This document shows positions 29,471-40,820 of a DNA stretch of 64,000 bases, one piece after another. The notes below the pieces were generated by a model, which was not told the DNA's origin, searched no databases, and was given only the letters and a program-made list of their open reading frames with translations. How positions within the stretch are numbered: the first letter of the stretch is position 1; every line of letters begins with the position of its first letter. The position numbers and the translations under genes were made by a program. Location: NCBI GenBank assembly GCA_005879795.1, contig VBKJ01000127.1, positions 7,427 through 71,426 on the forward strand, given 5' to 3'. The stretch comes from Deltaproteobacteria bacterium. GTDB lineage: Bacteria > Desulfobacterota > Binatia > DP-6.

Positions 29471-30127
29471 TCATCGCTTGCGCACCAGCGTGAGGCCGTC
29501 CGCGACGGGCAGCATCACCCTGTCGACGCGCTCGTCGCGCGCGAGCAGGTCGTTGAGCGCCCGGAGGGCCACCGTCTCCTCGGAGGTGTCGCTCGGGTCG
29601 ATCACGGCTCCGCCCCAGAGGACGTTGTCGAAGCCGATGACGCCCCCCGGACGCAGGCGCGGCAGGAGCTCCTCGTAGTAGGCGCGGTACCCGGTCTTGT
29701 CGGCGTCGATGAAGGCGAGGTCGATCTCGGGCGTGTGCGGGAGGGCGCGCACGGTCTCGAGGGCGGGCGCGAGGCGGAGCGTGATGCGCTCGGCGAGGCC
29801 GGCGCGCGCGAAGGAGCGGCGCGCGATCGCCGTCCACTCCTCGTTCAGGTCGCAGCAGAGGAGGGTGCCGTCCGGCGCGAGGCCGCGCGCGATCGAGATC
29901 GCGCTGTAGCCGGTGAAGGTCCCGATCTCGACCGCGCGCCGCGCGCCGAGCACGCGGGCGAGGAAGGTGAGGAACGCGCCCTGCTCGACCGCGATCTGCA
30001 TGACGCTGATCGGGCCCAGCGCGGCGGTCTCGGCCGCGAGGTCGCGCAGCACCGGATCGGGCGGCGGGTTGTGGGCCACGAGGTACTCGTAGAGCTCGGG
30101 TGTGAGAGCCGTGAACTTCTCCTGCAT
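29471..30127 (-). CDS. Class I SAM-dependent O-methyltransferase (caffeoyl-CoA OMT family)
   Basis: Contains VEIGTFTGYSA...LAFIDADK...GGVIGFDNVLWGG. Confidence 0.8.
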   Translation of the reverse strand: MQEKFTALTPELYEYLVAHNPPPDPVLRDLAAETAALGPISVMQIAVEQGAFLTFLARVLGARRAVEIGTFTGYSAISIARGLAPDGTLLCCDLNEEWTAIARRSFARAGLAERITLRLAPALETVRALPHTPEIDLAFIDADKTGYRAYYEELLPRLRPGGVIGFDNVLWGGAVIDPSDTSEETVALRALNDLLARDERVDRVMLPVADGLTLVRKR

Positions 30128-30212
30128 GGCGCGGCCATAGCATCGGGCCGGAGCCGACGGAAGCGCACGCCGGTTGACTTGAGCGCGGCGGCTGGACGAC
30201 ACTCGTCGCTTC

Positions 30213-31022
30213 ATGCCGCACGTGCGGATCGGCCAGCTCGAGCTCTTCCACGAGACCGACGGCGCGGGGGAGCCCGTGCTCCTCCTGATGGGGCTGGGCG
30301 GCGATCACCACGCCTGGGGCGCCGTGCGCCGCGAGCTCGCGCGCCGCCACCGCCTCGTGCTCCTCGACAACCGCGACGCGGGGGCGAGCGACGAGGCGCA
30401 GGCGTCCTACGGCACCGCCGACATGGCGGCCGACGCGCTCGGCGTGATGGACCACCTCGGCATCGAGCGCTTGCACGTGGTGGGCGCATCGATGGGTGGC
30501 GCGATCGCCCAGCACCTGGCGCTGCAGGCGCCCACCCGCGTCGCGACGCTGACGCTCATCAGCACCTGGGGGCGGACCGACGCCTTCCTCGCCGTCATCC
30601 TCGCCACCTGGCGGCTGGTGGTCGAGCGGCTCTCGCCCGAGGAGTTCCTGGCCGCGCTCGCGCCCTGGGCCTTCACCTACCGCTGCCTCGAGGCGCCGCC
30701 CCCCGAGGTCGCGGCGCTCCAGGCGGCGGCGCGCGAGGGCGGGTTCCTCAGGTCGGTGGCCGGTTACCAGCGGCAGGTGGACGCGTGCCTGGCGCACGAC
30801 GCCCTCGGCCTGCTGTCCCTCCTGCGCACCCCGAGCCTCGTCCTCGTCGGCGAGGACGACATCCTGACGCCGCCGCGCTACGCGCGCGCACTCGCCGCGG
30901 CGCTGCCGCGCGGCGAGGTCGCGGTGCTGCCGGCGACCGGCCACGCCTGCTTCCTCGAGACCCCGAAGCCCCTCGCGGAGCGCGTGCTGCGCTTCCTCGC
31001 CCGCCACCCGCTCGCGGCATGA
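30213..31022 (+). CDS. Alpha/beta-fold hydrolase
   Basis: Contains PVLLLMGLGGDHHAW and the nucleophile elbow VVGASMGG. Confidence 0.75.
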   Translation: MPHVRIGQLELFHETDGAGEPVLLLMGLGGDHHAWGAVRRELARRHRLVLLDNRDAGASDEAQASYGTADMAADALGVMDHLGIERLHVVGASMGGAIAQHLALQAPTRVATLTLISTWGRTDAFLAVILATWRLVVERLSPEEFLAALAPWAFTYRCLEAPPPEVAALQAAAREGGFLRSVAGYQRQVDACLAHDALGLLSLLRTPSLVLVGEDDILTPPRYARALAAALPRGEVAVLPATGHACFLETPKPLAERVLRFLARHPLAA

Positions 31023-31780
31023 GCCGGCTCGCCGGGCGCGTCGCGATCGTCACCGGCGCCGCGAACGGCATCGGCCGCGCCATCGCCGAGCGCTTCGCGG
31101 CCGAGGGGGCGGCGGTGCTGCTCGCCGACGTCGCCGCCGAGGCGGGTGCGGCGGCCGCGGCCGCGATCCGCGCGCGCGGCGGGCAGGCGGAGTTCATCGC
31201 GACCGACGTCACCCGTGAGGCGGATGTCACGGCCATGATCGGCGGCGCGGTCGAGCGCCTGGGGAGGCTCGACATCCTCGTCAACAACGCCGGAGCGGGG
31301 CGCTTCGTGCCCTTCGAGCGCCTAGAGCCCGCCGAATGGGACCGGCTCCTGGCGGTCAACCTGCGCGCGGTCTACCTGGGCTGCCGCCACGCGCTGCCGG
31401 CGCTCCGCCGGGGCGGTGGCGGGGCGATCCTCAACCTGGCCTCGCAGTCCGCGCTCCAGGGCCAGGTGATGAACGAGGCGTACTGCGCCGCCAAGGCGGG
31501 CGTCGTCCTGCTGACGCGCTCGCTCGCCCGGGAGCTGGCGCCCGAGGGCATCCGCGTCAACTGTCTCTGCCCGGGCGGCACCGACACGGCGATGCTGCGC
31601 GGCTTCGTGGCGAGCGCGCCGGTGCCGGAAGCCGGCATGGCCGCCCTCGCCGCGCGCTCGCCGATGGGGCGCCTGGCGCGCCCCGAGGAGATCGCCGCCG
31701 CGGCGCTCTTCCTGGTCTCGGACGACGCCTCGTTCGTGACCGGCGTGGCCCTCCCGGTCGACGGGGGCGCGACCGCATGA
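31019..31780 (+). CDS. SDR-family oxidoreductase
   Basis: TGAANGIG and the Y-x3-K motif (YCAAKAG). ATGA overlap with the hydrolase gene. Confidence 0.85.
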   Translation: MSRLAGRVAIVTGAANGIGRAIAERFAAEGAAVLLADVAAEAGAAAAAAIRARGGQAEFIATDVTREADVTAMIGGAVERLGRLDILVNNAGAGRFVPFERLEPAEWDRLLAVNLRAVYLGCRHALPALRRGGGGAILNLASQSALQGQVMNEAYCAAKAGVVLLTRSLARELAPEGIRVNCLCPGGTDTAMLRGFVASAPVPEAGMAALAARSPMGRLARPEEIAAAALFLVSDDASFVTGVALPVDGGATA

Positions 31781-31784
31781 GCCG

Positions 31785-33347
31785 GTGACGCTCCCAGCCC
31801 TCTTGGACGGCCTCGCCGCCCGCTTCGGCGCGCGCGAGGCGCTCGTCTCGCAGCGCCGGCGCATGACCTACGCGGGGCTGGCGGCCGAGTCGGCGGGCAT
31901 CGGCCGCGGGCTCGCGGCGCGCGGGGTGGAGCGCGGGACGCGGGTCGGCCTCCTCGTGCCGAACTGGCCGGAGTGGATCGCGACCGCCTTCGGCGTGTGG
32001 CGCGCGGGGGGCCTCCTCGTGCCGCTCAGCACGCTCGGCCGCCCGCGCGAGCTGGCGTACTGCCTCGCGCACGCCGAGGTGCGCGTGCTGGTCGCGGTGC
32101 GGAGCTTTCTCCGCCACGACTACGTGGCGGGGCTCGAGGAGAGCACGCCCCGGCTGCCGGCGCTGCGCGAGGTGGTGTGGCTCACGCCGGCGGCGGAGGG
32201 CGGCGCCGTCGATCTCGGACCGCTCCGGTTGCCGGGCCCGCCGCCCGCGGCGTCCGTCGCGCCCGACGACCCGGCGACCGTCTTCTTCACCTCGGGGACG
32301 ACGGCCGAGCCGAAGGGCGTGGTCCACGTGCACCGGGCGCTCTGCCGGGCGGCGGACGACATCGCCGCCGTGCTCGGCCTCGCCCCCGAGGACCGCACCT
32401 GGGGCTACCTGCCGTTCTTCTTCGCCGGCGGCCTGGTGGCGGTCGCGCTGGCGACGCTCGCGCGCGGCGGGGCGGTCGTCATGCAGGACGTGTTCGAGCC
32501 GGGTGAGACGCTCCGGCTCCTCGAGGCGGAGCGCTGCACGGTCTTCTTCGCCTGGCCGCACCAGGCCGAGGCGCTGATCGCGCACCCGCGCTTTGCGGCG
32601 ACGCGCCTCGCGCTCACGAAGGGGGTCGGCGCGAACACCAAGTGGGCGCCGGCGCTCTACCCGCCCGACCACCGCGCCGTCGGCACCTACGGCATGACGG
32701 AGACCCTGCCGCTGTGCACCGCCTGGCCGTGGGACGCACCGCTCGCGCTGCGCGCCGGAAGCCACGGCCCGCCCGTGGGCGGGAAGGAGATCCGTATCGT
32801 CGCCCCCGAGACCGGTCAAGCGCTGCCGGCGGGGCGCGAAGGGGAGATCTGCGTGCGCGGGCCGACGCTCTTCGCGCACTACTACCGCCACGAGCCGAGT
32901 GAGTGTTTCGACCCCGAGGGCTTCTTCCACACCGGCGACCTCGGACGGCTCGACGAGCGCGGGGCGCTCCACTTCCTCGGGCGCCTGAAGGACGTGATCA
33001 AGACCGCGGGCGTCAACGTCGCCGCGGCCGAGGTCGAGGCGGCGCTGCTCGCGCATGCGGCGGTCGGCGCGGCGCACGTGGTCGGCGTTCCGCATCCGAC
33101 GCGCGGCGAGAACGTCGCCGCCTTCGTGGTCGCGAAGTCGGCCGTCGCCGCCGACGAGCTCCTGGCCCACTGCCGCGCCCGGCTCTCGAGCTACAAGGTC
33201 CCGCGCCACCTCTGGCTCCGGCGCGAGGACGAGCTGCCCGAGAAGGCGAGCGGCAAGGTGGACAAGTCCGCGCTGCGCGCCGAGGCGGCGCGCCTGGTCA
33301 GAGCCGCCGGCGACCCTCCCGGATCTCCGCCAGCACGGCGGGCGTGA
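31785..33347 (+). CDS. AMP-dependent acyl-CoA synthetase/ligase
   Basis: AMP-binding core region (VVHVHRA..., GYLPFFFAGG). Confidence 0.85.
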   Translation: MTLPALLDGLAARFGAREALVSQRRRMTYAGLAAESAGIGRGLAARGVERGTRVGLLVPNWPEWIATAFGVWRAGGLLVPLSTLGRPRELAYCLAHAEVRVLVAVRSFLRHDYVAGLEESTPRLPALREVVWLTPAAEGGAVDLGPLRLPGPPPAASVAPDDPATVFFTSGTTAEPKGVVHVHRALCRAADDIAAVLGLAPEDRTWGYLPFFFAGGLVAVALATLARGGAVVMQDVFEPGETLRLLEAERCTVFFAWPHQAEALIAHPRFAATRLALTKGVGANTKWAPALYPPDHRAVGTYGMTETLPLCTAWPWDAPLALRAGSHGPPVGGKEIRIVAPETGQALPAGREGEICVRGPTLFAHYYRHEPSECFDPEGFFHTGDLGRLDERGALHFLGRLKDVIKTAGVNVAAAEVEAALLAHAAVGAAHVVGVPHPTRGENVAAFVVAKSAVAADELLAHCRARLSSYKVPRHLWLRREDELPEKASGKVDKSALRAEAARLVRAAGDPPGSPPARRA

Positions 33348-35025
33348 GCGACACGTAGGTGCGCGCGGCGTCGTCGCGCACGAAGAGCGGGTCGGCAACG
33401 CGCGCCGGGTCGTAGCCCTCGGCGGCCAGCGCGAGCTTCCGCTGCTTCAGGGTACCGGTCACGTCCATCTCGCACACCAGGCGGACGAGGGCGGGGCGGG
33501 CGTAGGCCGGCAGGTGCCGCTCGGCGTGCGCGTAGAGCGCCGCGCCGTCGAAGCGGGCGCCCTCGGCCAGGACGAGGGCGGCCATGCCGGCGCGGCCGTC
33601 CTCGCCCGGCACCGGCACGCCGTACACGTTCGCCTCCGTCACCCCGGGGGCGCCGGCGAGCAGGTCGGCGACCTCCTGCGCGGCGACGTTCTCGCCCTTC
33701 CAGCGGAAGGTGTCGCCGATGCGATCGACGAAGTAGTAGTAGCCATCGGCGTCCTGGCGCAGCAGGTCCCCGGTGCGGAACCAGGCGTCGCCGCGCGCGA
33801 AGGCGTCGCGCACGAGCTTCCGCTCGCTCGCCGCGCGGTCGGTGTAGCCGTCGTACTCCATGGCGCCGCCGACCTTGCCGAGGAGCTCGCCCGCCTCGCC
33901 CGGCGCGCATGCGATGCAGAAGCCGTCCGGACCGCGTACGAGCGCGCCGCGGGCGAGGTCGAAGCGCGCGAGCCGGACGGTGTCCTCGAGCAGCGGGTGC
34001 GGCTTGCCGACGGAGCCGACGCGTCCGTCGGCGTTGTGCAGGGCCACGTTGCCCTCCGTCGCGCCGTACATCTCGATGATCCGTGCGATGCCGAAGCGCT
34101 CCCGGAACGCTGTCCAGATGTCGGGGCGGAGGCCGGCGCCCGCGGCGACGCGCAGGCGGTGGTCGCGGTCGCGCGGTGTGGGTGGGAGGCGGAGGAGGTA
34201 GCGGCAGAGCTCGCCCACGTAGACGAAGGCGACCGCCTGGTGCCGGCGGACGTCGTCGAGGAATGCGCTCGCGCTGAAACGCCGGCGCGACGCGAAGGCG
34301 CCGCCCGAGCGGAAGGCGGGCGCGAAGCCCACGAAGAGGCTCTCGCCGTGGTAGAGCGGCAGCGGCGCGTAGATGGTCTCGCCCGCCTCGACGCCCAGGA
34401 GCCCGGCCAGGGTGATCCCGCCCATGGTGAAGCGGAGGTGGCGCACGATGGCCGGCTTCGGGTACCCGGTCGTCCCGGACGTGTATATATAGATGAAGAC
34501 GTCGCCGCCCCGGAGGTCGGGAATCCCGGGCTCGGGCGCCTCGGGGCCTGCGCGCCACTCCTCGAGCGGGCGGACATCGCGGGGCAGCCCCGTGCCCGGC
34601 GGCGCATCGGCGAGGAACCGGACGACATGGCTGCCGGCTACCGCCGCGAGGGCAGGGAGGGCGGCTGCGTCGCAGACGCCCGTCCGGGCGCCCGACACAC
34701 CGAGCACGTGCGTCAGCCCCGCGCCCGCGACGTGCGTGTTGATGAGCGCGCCGATGGCGCCGAGCTTCGCGACCGCCCCGAGCGCTGCCAGGAAGAGCGG
34801 GCTGTTCTGGGCGAGGATCGCGACCGGCGTGCCGGCGCCGACGCCTTCGCGGCCGAGCCGCGCCGCGATCCGGTTCACGGCCCGGTCGTAGGCCCCGTAG
34901 GTGACCGTCTCGTCCTCGAACTTGAGCGCGACCTGGTCGGGGATGCGCTCGGCCTGCGCCCGGATGAAGGGGCCGAAGGTGTCGCTCGAGCGCTTGAGCT
35001 CGGCGATGGCCGCCTGAAGGTCCAT
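33298..35025 (-). CDS. Long-chain/very-long-chain fatty-acyl-CoA synthetase (FATP-like)
   Basis: Contains YIYTSGTTGYPKPAIV, TGDLLRQDADGYYYFVDRIGDTFRWKGENV, and the FATP-type motifs YTSGTTGYPK and FRWKGENV. Start at MDLQAAIAELK. Confidence 0.8.
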   Translation of the reverse strand: MDLQAAIAELKRSSDTFGPFIRAQAERIPDQVALKFEDETVTYGAYDRAVNRIAARLGREGVGAGTPVAILAQNSPLFLAALGAVAKLGAIGALINTHVAGAGLTHVLGVSGARTGVCDAAALPALAAVAGSHVVRFLADAPPGTGLPRDVRPLEEWRAGPEAPEPGIPDLRGGDVFIYIYTSGTTGYPKPAIVRHLRFTMGGITLAGLLGVEAGETIYAPLPLYHGESLFVGFAPAFRSGGAFASRRRFSASAFLDDVRRHQAVAFVYVGELCRYLLRLPPTPRDRDHRLRVAAGAGLRPDIWTAFRERFGIARIIEMYGATEGNVALHNADGRVGSVGKPHPLLEDTVRLARFDLARGALVRGPDGFCIACAPGEAGELLGKVGGAMEYDGYTDRAASERKLVRDAFARGDAWFRTGDLLRQDADGYYYFVDRIGDTFRWKGENVAAQEVADLLAGAPGVTEANVYGVPVPGEDGRAGMAALVLAEGARFDGAALYAHAERHLPAYARPALVRLVCEMDVTGTLKQRKLALAAEGYDPARVADPLFVRDDAARTYVSLTPAVLAEIREGRRRL

Positions 35026-35137
35026 CGTGGCAGGGTGCCATATCAGCCGGGCGCCGGCACGCGGGTCAACCAGGCGCGGCCGTTGCCGCGCGTGGGGCCG
35101 CCGGGCTAGTGTGGACAGCACACCAGAAGCCGCCGCG

Positions 35138-36541
35138 ATGGACAAGGTCGCCGAGAGCGCCGCCGCCGCGGTGGCCGACGTGCCGGATGGGGCGACGCTG
35201 CTCTTCGGCGGCTTCGGCGTCGTGCAGGGCTGGCCCAACAGCCTGCTCCTCGCGCTGCGCGACCACGGCGCGCGCGACCTGACCGTGATCTTCAACACGC
35301 CGGGCGTGGGGCCGCTCTCGGCGCAGCTCCTCGCGGAAGCAGGGCTGATCCGAAGAGTGATCGCCTCGTTCGCCGCCTACCCGACGCGGCCGACGCCGAT
35401 CGAGGAGCAGATCAAGGCGGGCAGGATCGAGCTCGAGCTGGTGCCGCAGGGGACGCTCGCCGAGCGCGTGCGGGCCGGCGGCGCCGGGATTCCCGCCTTC
35501 TACACGCCGACCGGCGTGGGCACGCTGGTCGCCGAGGGCAAGGAGCGGCGGACTTTCGGCGGACGCGAGTACATCCTCGAGACCGCGCTCACCGCCGACT
35601 ACGCCTTCGTGCGCGCCCACCGCGCCGACCGGCACGGGAACCTCCTCTACCGGCGCGGCGCACGCAACCTCCATCCCGTGTTCGCAACGGGCGGTCGCGT
35701 GACGCTTGCCGAGGTCGACGAGGTGGTCCCCGCGGGCGCGATGGACCCCGAGTACGTGGTGACTCCCGGTATCTACGTGGACCGTGTGGTGCGGACCGAG
35801 CACCCCCTCGACGTGGAGGAGATCCGCGCCCTCTCGCGCCGCTACGGCCGCGCGGTGCACGTGGCGCCGCGCCGGGACCTGGGGGGCCTGCCGCCGGACC
35901 TTATGGCGCGTCGCGCGGCGCTCCTCCTCCGCGACGGCGAGTACGTGAACCTCGGCCTCGGGCTGCCCACGCTCGTCTCGAACCACGTCAGCGCCGCGCG
36001 CGACATCGTGCTCCACTCCGAGAACGGCATGCTCGGCTTCGGGCCGCTGGTGGAGGACGGCGAGGAGGACGTCGACCTCTACAACGCGAGCGGGCAGCTC
36101 GTTAGCCTGCTGCCGGGCGCATCCTTCTTCGACAGCCTCTACGCGCACGGCATGGCGCGCGGCGGGCGCGTGACGACGGTCGTGCTCGGCGCCTTCCAGG
36201 TCTCCGAGAAGGGCGACCTCGCCAACTGGAACGTGCCGGCGAGCGGGAAGGGCGGGATCGGGGGCGCGATGGACTTGGCCGCCGGCCGGGCGCGTGTGCT
36301 GGTGGTCACCTACCACACCACGCGGGCCCTCGAGCCGAAGCTCGTCCGCCAGTGCACTTACCCGCTCACCGCGCCTGCATGCGTGCGAGACATCGTGACC
36401 GACCTGGCCTACCTGACGGTCGAGCCCGAGGGCTTCCTCCTCCGCGAGCTGGCCCCCGGGGTGCCGCTCGAGCGCGTCCGGGAGCTCACGGGAGCGCCCC
36501 TCCGGGTCGCATCCGACCTTCGGAGCATGGAATTTTCGTGA
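35138..36541 (+). CDS. 3-oxoacid CoA-transferase, fused A+B subunits
   Basis: A-subunit N-terminus MDKVAESAAA...GFGVVQGWPNSL. B-subunit region LGLGLPTLVSN...SENGMLGFGP. Confidence 0.8.
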   Translation: MDKVAESAAAAVADVPDGATLLFGGFGVVQGWPNSLLLALRDHGARDLTVIFNTPGVGPLSAQLLAEAGLIRRVIASFAAYPTRPTPIEEQIKAGRIELELVPQGTLAERVRAGGAGIPAFYTPTGVGTLVAEGKERRTFGGREYILETALTADYAFVRAHRADRHGNLLYRRGARNLHPVFATGGRVTLAEVDEVVPAGAMDPEYVVTPGIYVDRVVRTEHPLDVEEIRALSRRYGRAVHVAPRRDLGGLPPDLMARRAALLLRDGEYVNLGLGLPTLVSNHVSAARDIVLHSENGMLGFGPLVEDGEEDVDLYNASGQLVSLLPGASFFDSLYAHGMARGGRVTTVVLGAFQVSEKGDLANWNVPASGKGGIGGAMDLAAGRARVLVVTYHTTRALEPKLVRQCTYPLTAPACVRDIVTDLAYLTVEPEGFLLRELAPGVPLERVRELTGAPLRVASDLRSMEFS

Positions 36542-36773
36542 TTTCTCACCACCTTTTGGGGTGCGAAATACACGAGGGCGACGATTGTCCCCCGGGCGCT
36601 CGTCGCGGCACTATTAGGGTTGGATGGCCACACGGAGGGCGGGTCGGACCCCAGCCCACGGCGGGCGCGGCGCGGCGAGCCCCTTGCCCCCCGCCGCGAT
36701 TCCTGCGCGCCCCGCGGCCCCCACGACGCGCCGGCGCGCCGCGCTCAGCCACGCGGGCCACGCGGCAACCGAC

Positions 36774-37088
36774 ATGTCCGGCTTCGACGGCGAGATCTGC
36801 GTGCGCTACGAGGCCGTCTACCGGCGCGCCGAGCCGGCCTGTGGCGAGCGCCGGCTCCTGCTGGCGGTCTTGGAGGACGGCATCCGGACCTTCCTCAAGA
36901 ACGCTCGCGCGACCCACGGGCGAGCATTCAACCTGCGGCGGGAGGCGCTCACCTGGCTCACCACCGACGACCGCAGCGACGTGTTCGCCTTCGAGAACAT
37001 CTGTGAGGCGCTCGGCATCGATGCCGGCCGGCTGCGCCAACGGGTCTTCGGGGAGGCGTCCGACGCCGAGCTGTCGGCCGCGGACTGA
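36774..37088 (+). CDS. Hypothetical protein, 104 aa
   Basis: Strong GC3 bias. Starts MSGFDGEICVRYEAVYRR. No recognisable domain. Confidence 0.45.
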   Translation: MSGFDGEICVRYEAVYRRAEPACGERRLLLAVLEDGIRTFLKNARATHGRAFNLRREALTWLTTDDRSDVFAFENICEALGIDAGRLRQRVFGEASDAELSAAD

Positions 37089-37134
37089 GCGGCGGCCCCG
37101 CGCCCGCTGCCTGTGACGGGCGAGGGATCGGGAC

Positions 37135-38931
37135 ATGGGTGACGAGACGCAGGCGACGGGCGAGGTGGCGGGGGCGACCTGGCTGGTGGCGGCGGTCGGC
37201 TCGGTGCCACAGTTCACGGGCGCCGACTTCACCGACGACGACCGGCTCTACGCCAAGACCGCCGAGGACTTCGTGCGCAACGAGGTCCTGCCCCGCCTGG
37301 AGGAGATCGAGGCGAAGGAGGCGGGCGTCATGCCGGCACTGCTCAAGCGTGCGGGCGAGCTCGGCCTGCTCATGGTGGACATCCCGGAGAAGTACGGCGG
37401 GCTCGGGCTGCGCAAGACGACCTCGATGCTGGTCTCGGAGCACGGAGCGCTGTGCGCCTCGTTCAGCGTCTCGTGGGGCGCCCACACGGGCATCGGAACC
37501 CTGCCGCTGGTCTACTACGGGACCGAGGCGCAAAAGCAGAAGTACCTGCCGCGGCTCGCGACCGGCGAGTGGCTCGCCGCCTACGCCCTCACTGAGCCGG
37601 GCTCGGGCAGCGACGCGCTCGCGGCCCGCACGGTGGCCACCCCCGAGGACGGCGGCTACCGGCTGAGCGGCACCAAGCAGTTCATCACCAACGCCGGCTT
37701 CGCCGACCTCTTCACCGTCTTCGCCAAGGTGGGCGGCGAGCACTTCACCGCCTTCCTGGTCGAGCGCGCCACGCCCGGGCTTTCGACCGGCCCCGAGGAG
37801 AAGAAGCTCGGCATCCGCGGCTCGTCGACGCGCCAGGTGATCCTGGAGGACGCGCGCGCCGGCACCGACAAGGTGCTCGGCCAGGTGGGGCAGGGGCACA
37901 AGATCGCGTTCAACATCCTCAACATCGGCCGCTTCAAGCTGGGCGCGGGCTCGGTCGGGGCGGCCAAGGACTGCCTGGCGGTCGCCCTCCAGTACGCGAA
38001 GGAGCGCCAGCAGTTCCGCCGGCCCATCGCGAGCTTCGGCATGATCCAGCGCAAGCTCGCCGACATGGCGACGCGCATCTACGTCGCCGACAGCATGAGC
38101 TACCGGACGGCCGGCCTGATGGACGCGGCGGCCGAGCGCCTGGACCCGTCGGGGGCCGACTACGCCGAGCGCCTGGTGCGTGAATCGGTCGAGGAGTACA
38201 CGATCGAGGCCTCGATCCTGAAGGTGTTCGGCACCGAGACGCTCGACTTCGTGGCCGACGAGTCGCTCCAGATCCTGGGCGGCTACGGCTTCACGGCCGA
38301 GTATCCGGTCGAGCGGCATTACCGCGACGCGCGCATCAACCGCATCTTCGAGGGCACGAACGAGATCAACCGCCTCATCATCCCGGCGACGCTGGTGAAG
38401 CGCATCGGCCAGGGCCGGCTGCCGTACGCGGACTTCTTTCAGCAGGTGGATCGCGAGATCGCGGACCGCGCGAGCTGGCCGCCCGCCGTGAAGGGCCCGC
38501 TCGAGCGCGAGCTGCGCGCGGCGGAGGTGGCGAAGCGGGTGATCGCCTACACTGCGCGCGTGCTCATCGAGCGGGACCTCGCCTCGCTCAAGGACAAGCA
38601 GCAGCACCTCGAGATCCTCGCCAACATGATCATCGACTGCTACGCCATGGACAGCGTGGTGAACCGCACCCGGCTGCTCGCCGGCCACGGCAGCCCCGAG
38701 GACGACGGGCTCCGCCTGGCCATGACCAACGTCTTCGTCTCCTCCGCCAACGAGCGCGTCATCGATGGCGCCCGCCGCCTCCTGGTGAACGAGCTCGAGG
38801 GCGAGGAGCTGCGCAGGCACCTCGCCCTCGAGGCGATCGTGCCGCACATGCCGATCCGCACGATCGCGGTGAAGACGCGGATCGCCGAGGCGCTCGTCGC
38901 GCGCGGGCTCGGGCCGGTGTTCCTGCGCTAG
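37135..38931 (+). CDS. Long acyl-CoA dehydrogenase, about 600 aa (FadE-like)
   Basis: Contains YALTEPGSGSDALAA...GTKQFITN. Confidence 0.85.
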   Translation: MGDETQATGEVAGATWLVAAVGSVPQFTGADFTDDDRLYAKTAEDFVRNEVLPRLEEIEAKEAGVMPALLKRAGELGLLMVDIPEKYGGLGLRKTTSMLVSEHGALCASFSVSWGAHTGIGTLPLVYYGTEAQKQKYLPRLATGEWLAAYALTEPGSGSDALAARTVATPEDGGYRLSGTKQFITNAGFADLFTVFAKVGGEHFTAFLVERATPGLSTGPEEKKLGIRGSSTRQVILEDARAGTDKVLGQVGQGHKIAFNILNIGRFKLGAGSVGAAKDCLAVALQYAKERQQFRRPIASFGMIQRKLADMATRIYVADSMSYRTAGLMDAAAERLDPSGADYAERLVRESVEEYTIEASILKVFGTETLDFVADESLQILGGYGFTAEYPVERHYRDARINRIFEGTNEINRLIIPATLVKRIGQGRLPYADFFQQVDREIADRASWPPAVKGPLERELRAAEVAKRVIAYTARVLIERDLASLKDKQQHLEILANMIIDCYAMDSVVNRTRLLAGHGSPEDDGLRLAMTNVFVSSANERVIDGARRLLVNELEGEELRRHLALEAIVPHMPIRTIAVKTRIAEALVARGLGPVFLR

Positions 38932-39113
38932 CCCCGCGCGGGCGAGCGCCGGCCGGCACGCACCGTGCTCTTGCGCAGCTTCTCCTCCAAGGCGGCGGCC
39001 ACGAACTCCATGACCGAGATGCCGTGTTGCACGCAGAACAGCTTGATCTCGCGGTGCAGGCCCTTGGGGATGCGGGTCGCGAGCTGGATGAGCACGTCGT
39101 CTTCCTTAGCCAT
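38928..39113 (-). CDS. Ribbon-helix-helix (CopG/Arc/ParG-like) DNA-binding protein, 61 aa
   Basis: Starts MAKEDDVLIQLATRIPKGLHREIKLFCVQHGISVMEFVAAALEEKL. GC3-rich. Overlaps the ACAD stop. Confidence 0.55.
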   Translation of the reverse strand: MAKEDDVLIQLATRIPKGLHREIKLFCVQHGISVMEFVAAALEEKLRKSTVRAGRRSPARG

Positions 39114-39214
39114 GACCCCGGGACCTCCTGGGTCGCGCGCTCGGGCGCGACGAAGAGCTATTTAACTTAGAAGGGGGCTTGCCGCAAACGCGCGGGCGGG
39201 GGTCGGCCTCCTGG

Positions 39215-39663
39215 CTAGGAGCGGGGCGCCGTACGGTGGCCGAGCGCCTGCAGGTTGCCCTCGACCCTCTCGAGCTGCCGCGCCAGGTCGCGGATGTGAA
39301 GCTGCGCGCGCACCCGGGCGAGGAGCTCGATCCGGTTGATCGGCTTGGTCAGGAACTCGCTCACGCCGCGGTGCATACCCTCGAGGCGCACGTCAATGTC
39401 GTCACGGGCCGTGAGCAGGATGATGGGGATGCGCTTGCCCGCCTGGTGCAGCGCCTCACACACGGCGAAGCCGTCCATGCCGGGCATCATCACGTCGAGG
39501 AGGATCACGTCGATCGGCTCGGCGAGGGCGATGCGCACGGCTTCCTCGCCGGAGGCGGCGCGCCGGGTGTGGTAGCCGCTGCGCTCGAGCAGGTGGCCCA
39601 GGATCGTGCGGCAGTCGGCGTCGTCGTCGACGACCAGGATGGTCGCCTCCGCGGTGGTAGTCG

Positions 39664-39667
<4 letters not shown>
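39215..39667 (-). CDS. Stand-alone CheY-like receiver-domain response regulator, 150 aa
   Basis: Contains ILVVDDDADCR...DVILLDVMMPGMDGF...ILLTARDD. ATGA-coupled downstream of the sigma-54 activator gene. Confidence 0.85.
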
Positions 39668-40680
<1,013 letters not shown>

Positions 40681-40820
40681 GACGTCCTTATCGGCAGTGT
40701 GCTAAAAAAGTAACAGGCGCTCTCCCGGGTCTCAATCAACGTGGCAGCCCTTGCCGGCACATGTTATGCGCTCCGCTGTGCCGGGACGTCGTCGCTTGCT
40801 ATATCGGCCGAGCGAGCCAA

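Noticed and set aside
40751-40770. Sigma-54-like promoter element GGCAC-N7-GC upstream of rph
   Set aside because: Spacing fits the -24/-12 rule, but the -12 box is ATGC rather than TTGC, and a sigma-54-driven rph is biologically odd. It may be a chance match within the palindromic TGCCGGCA.
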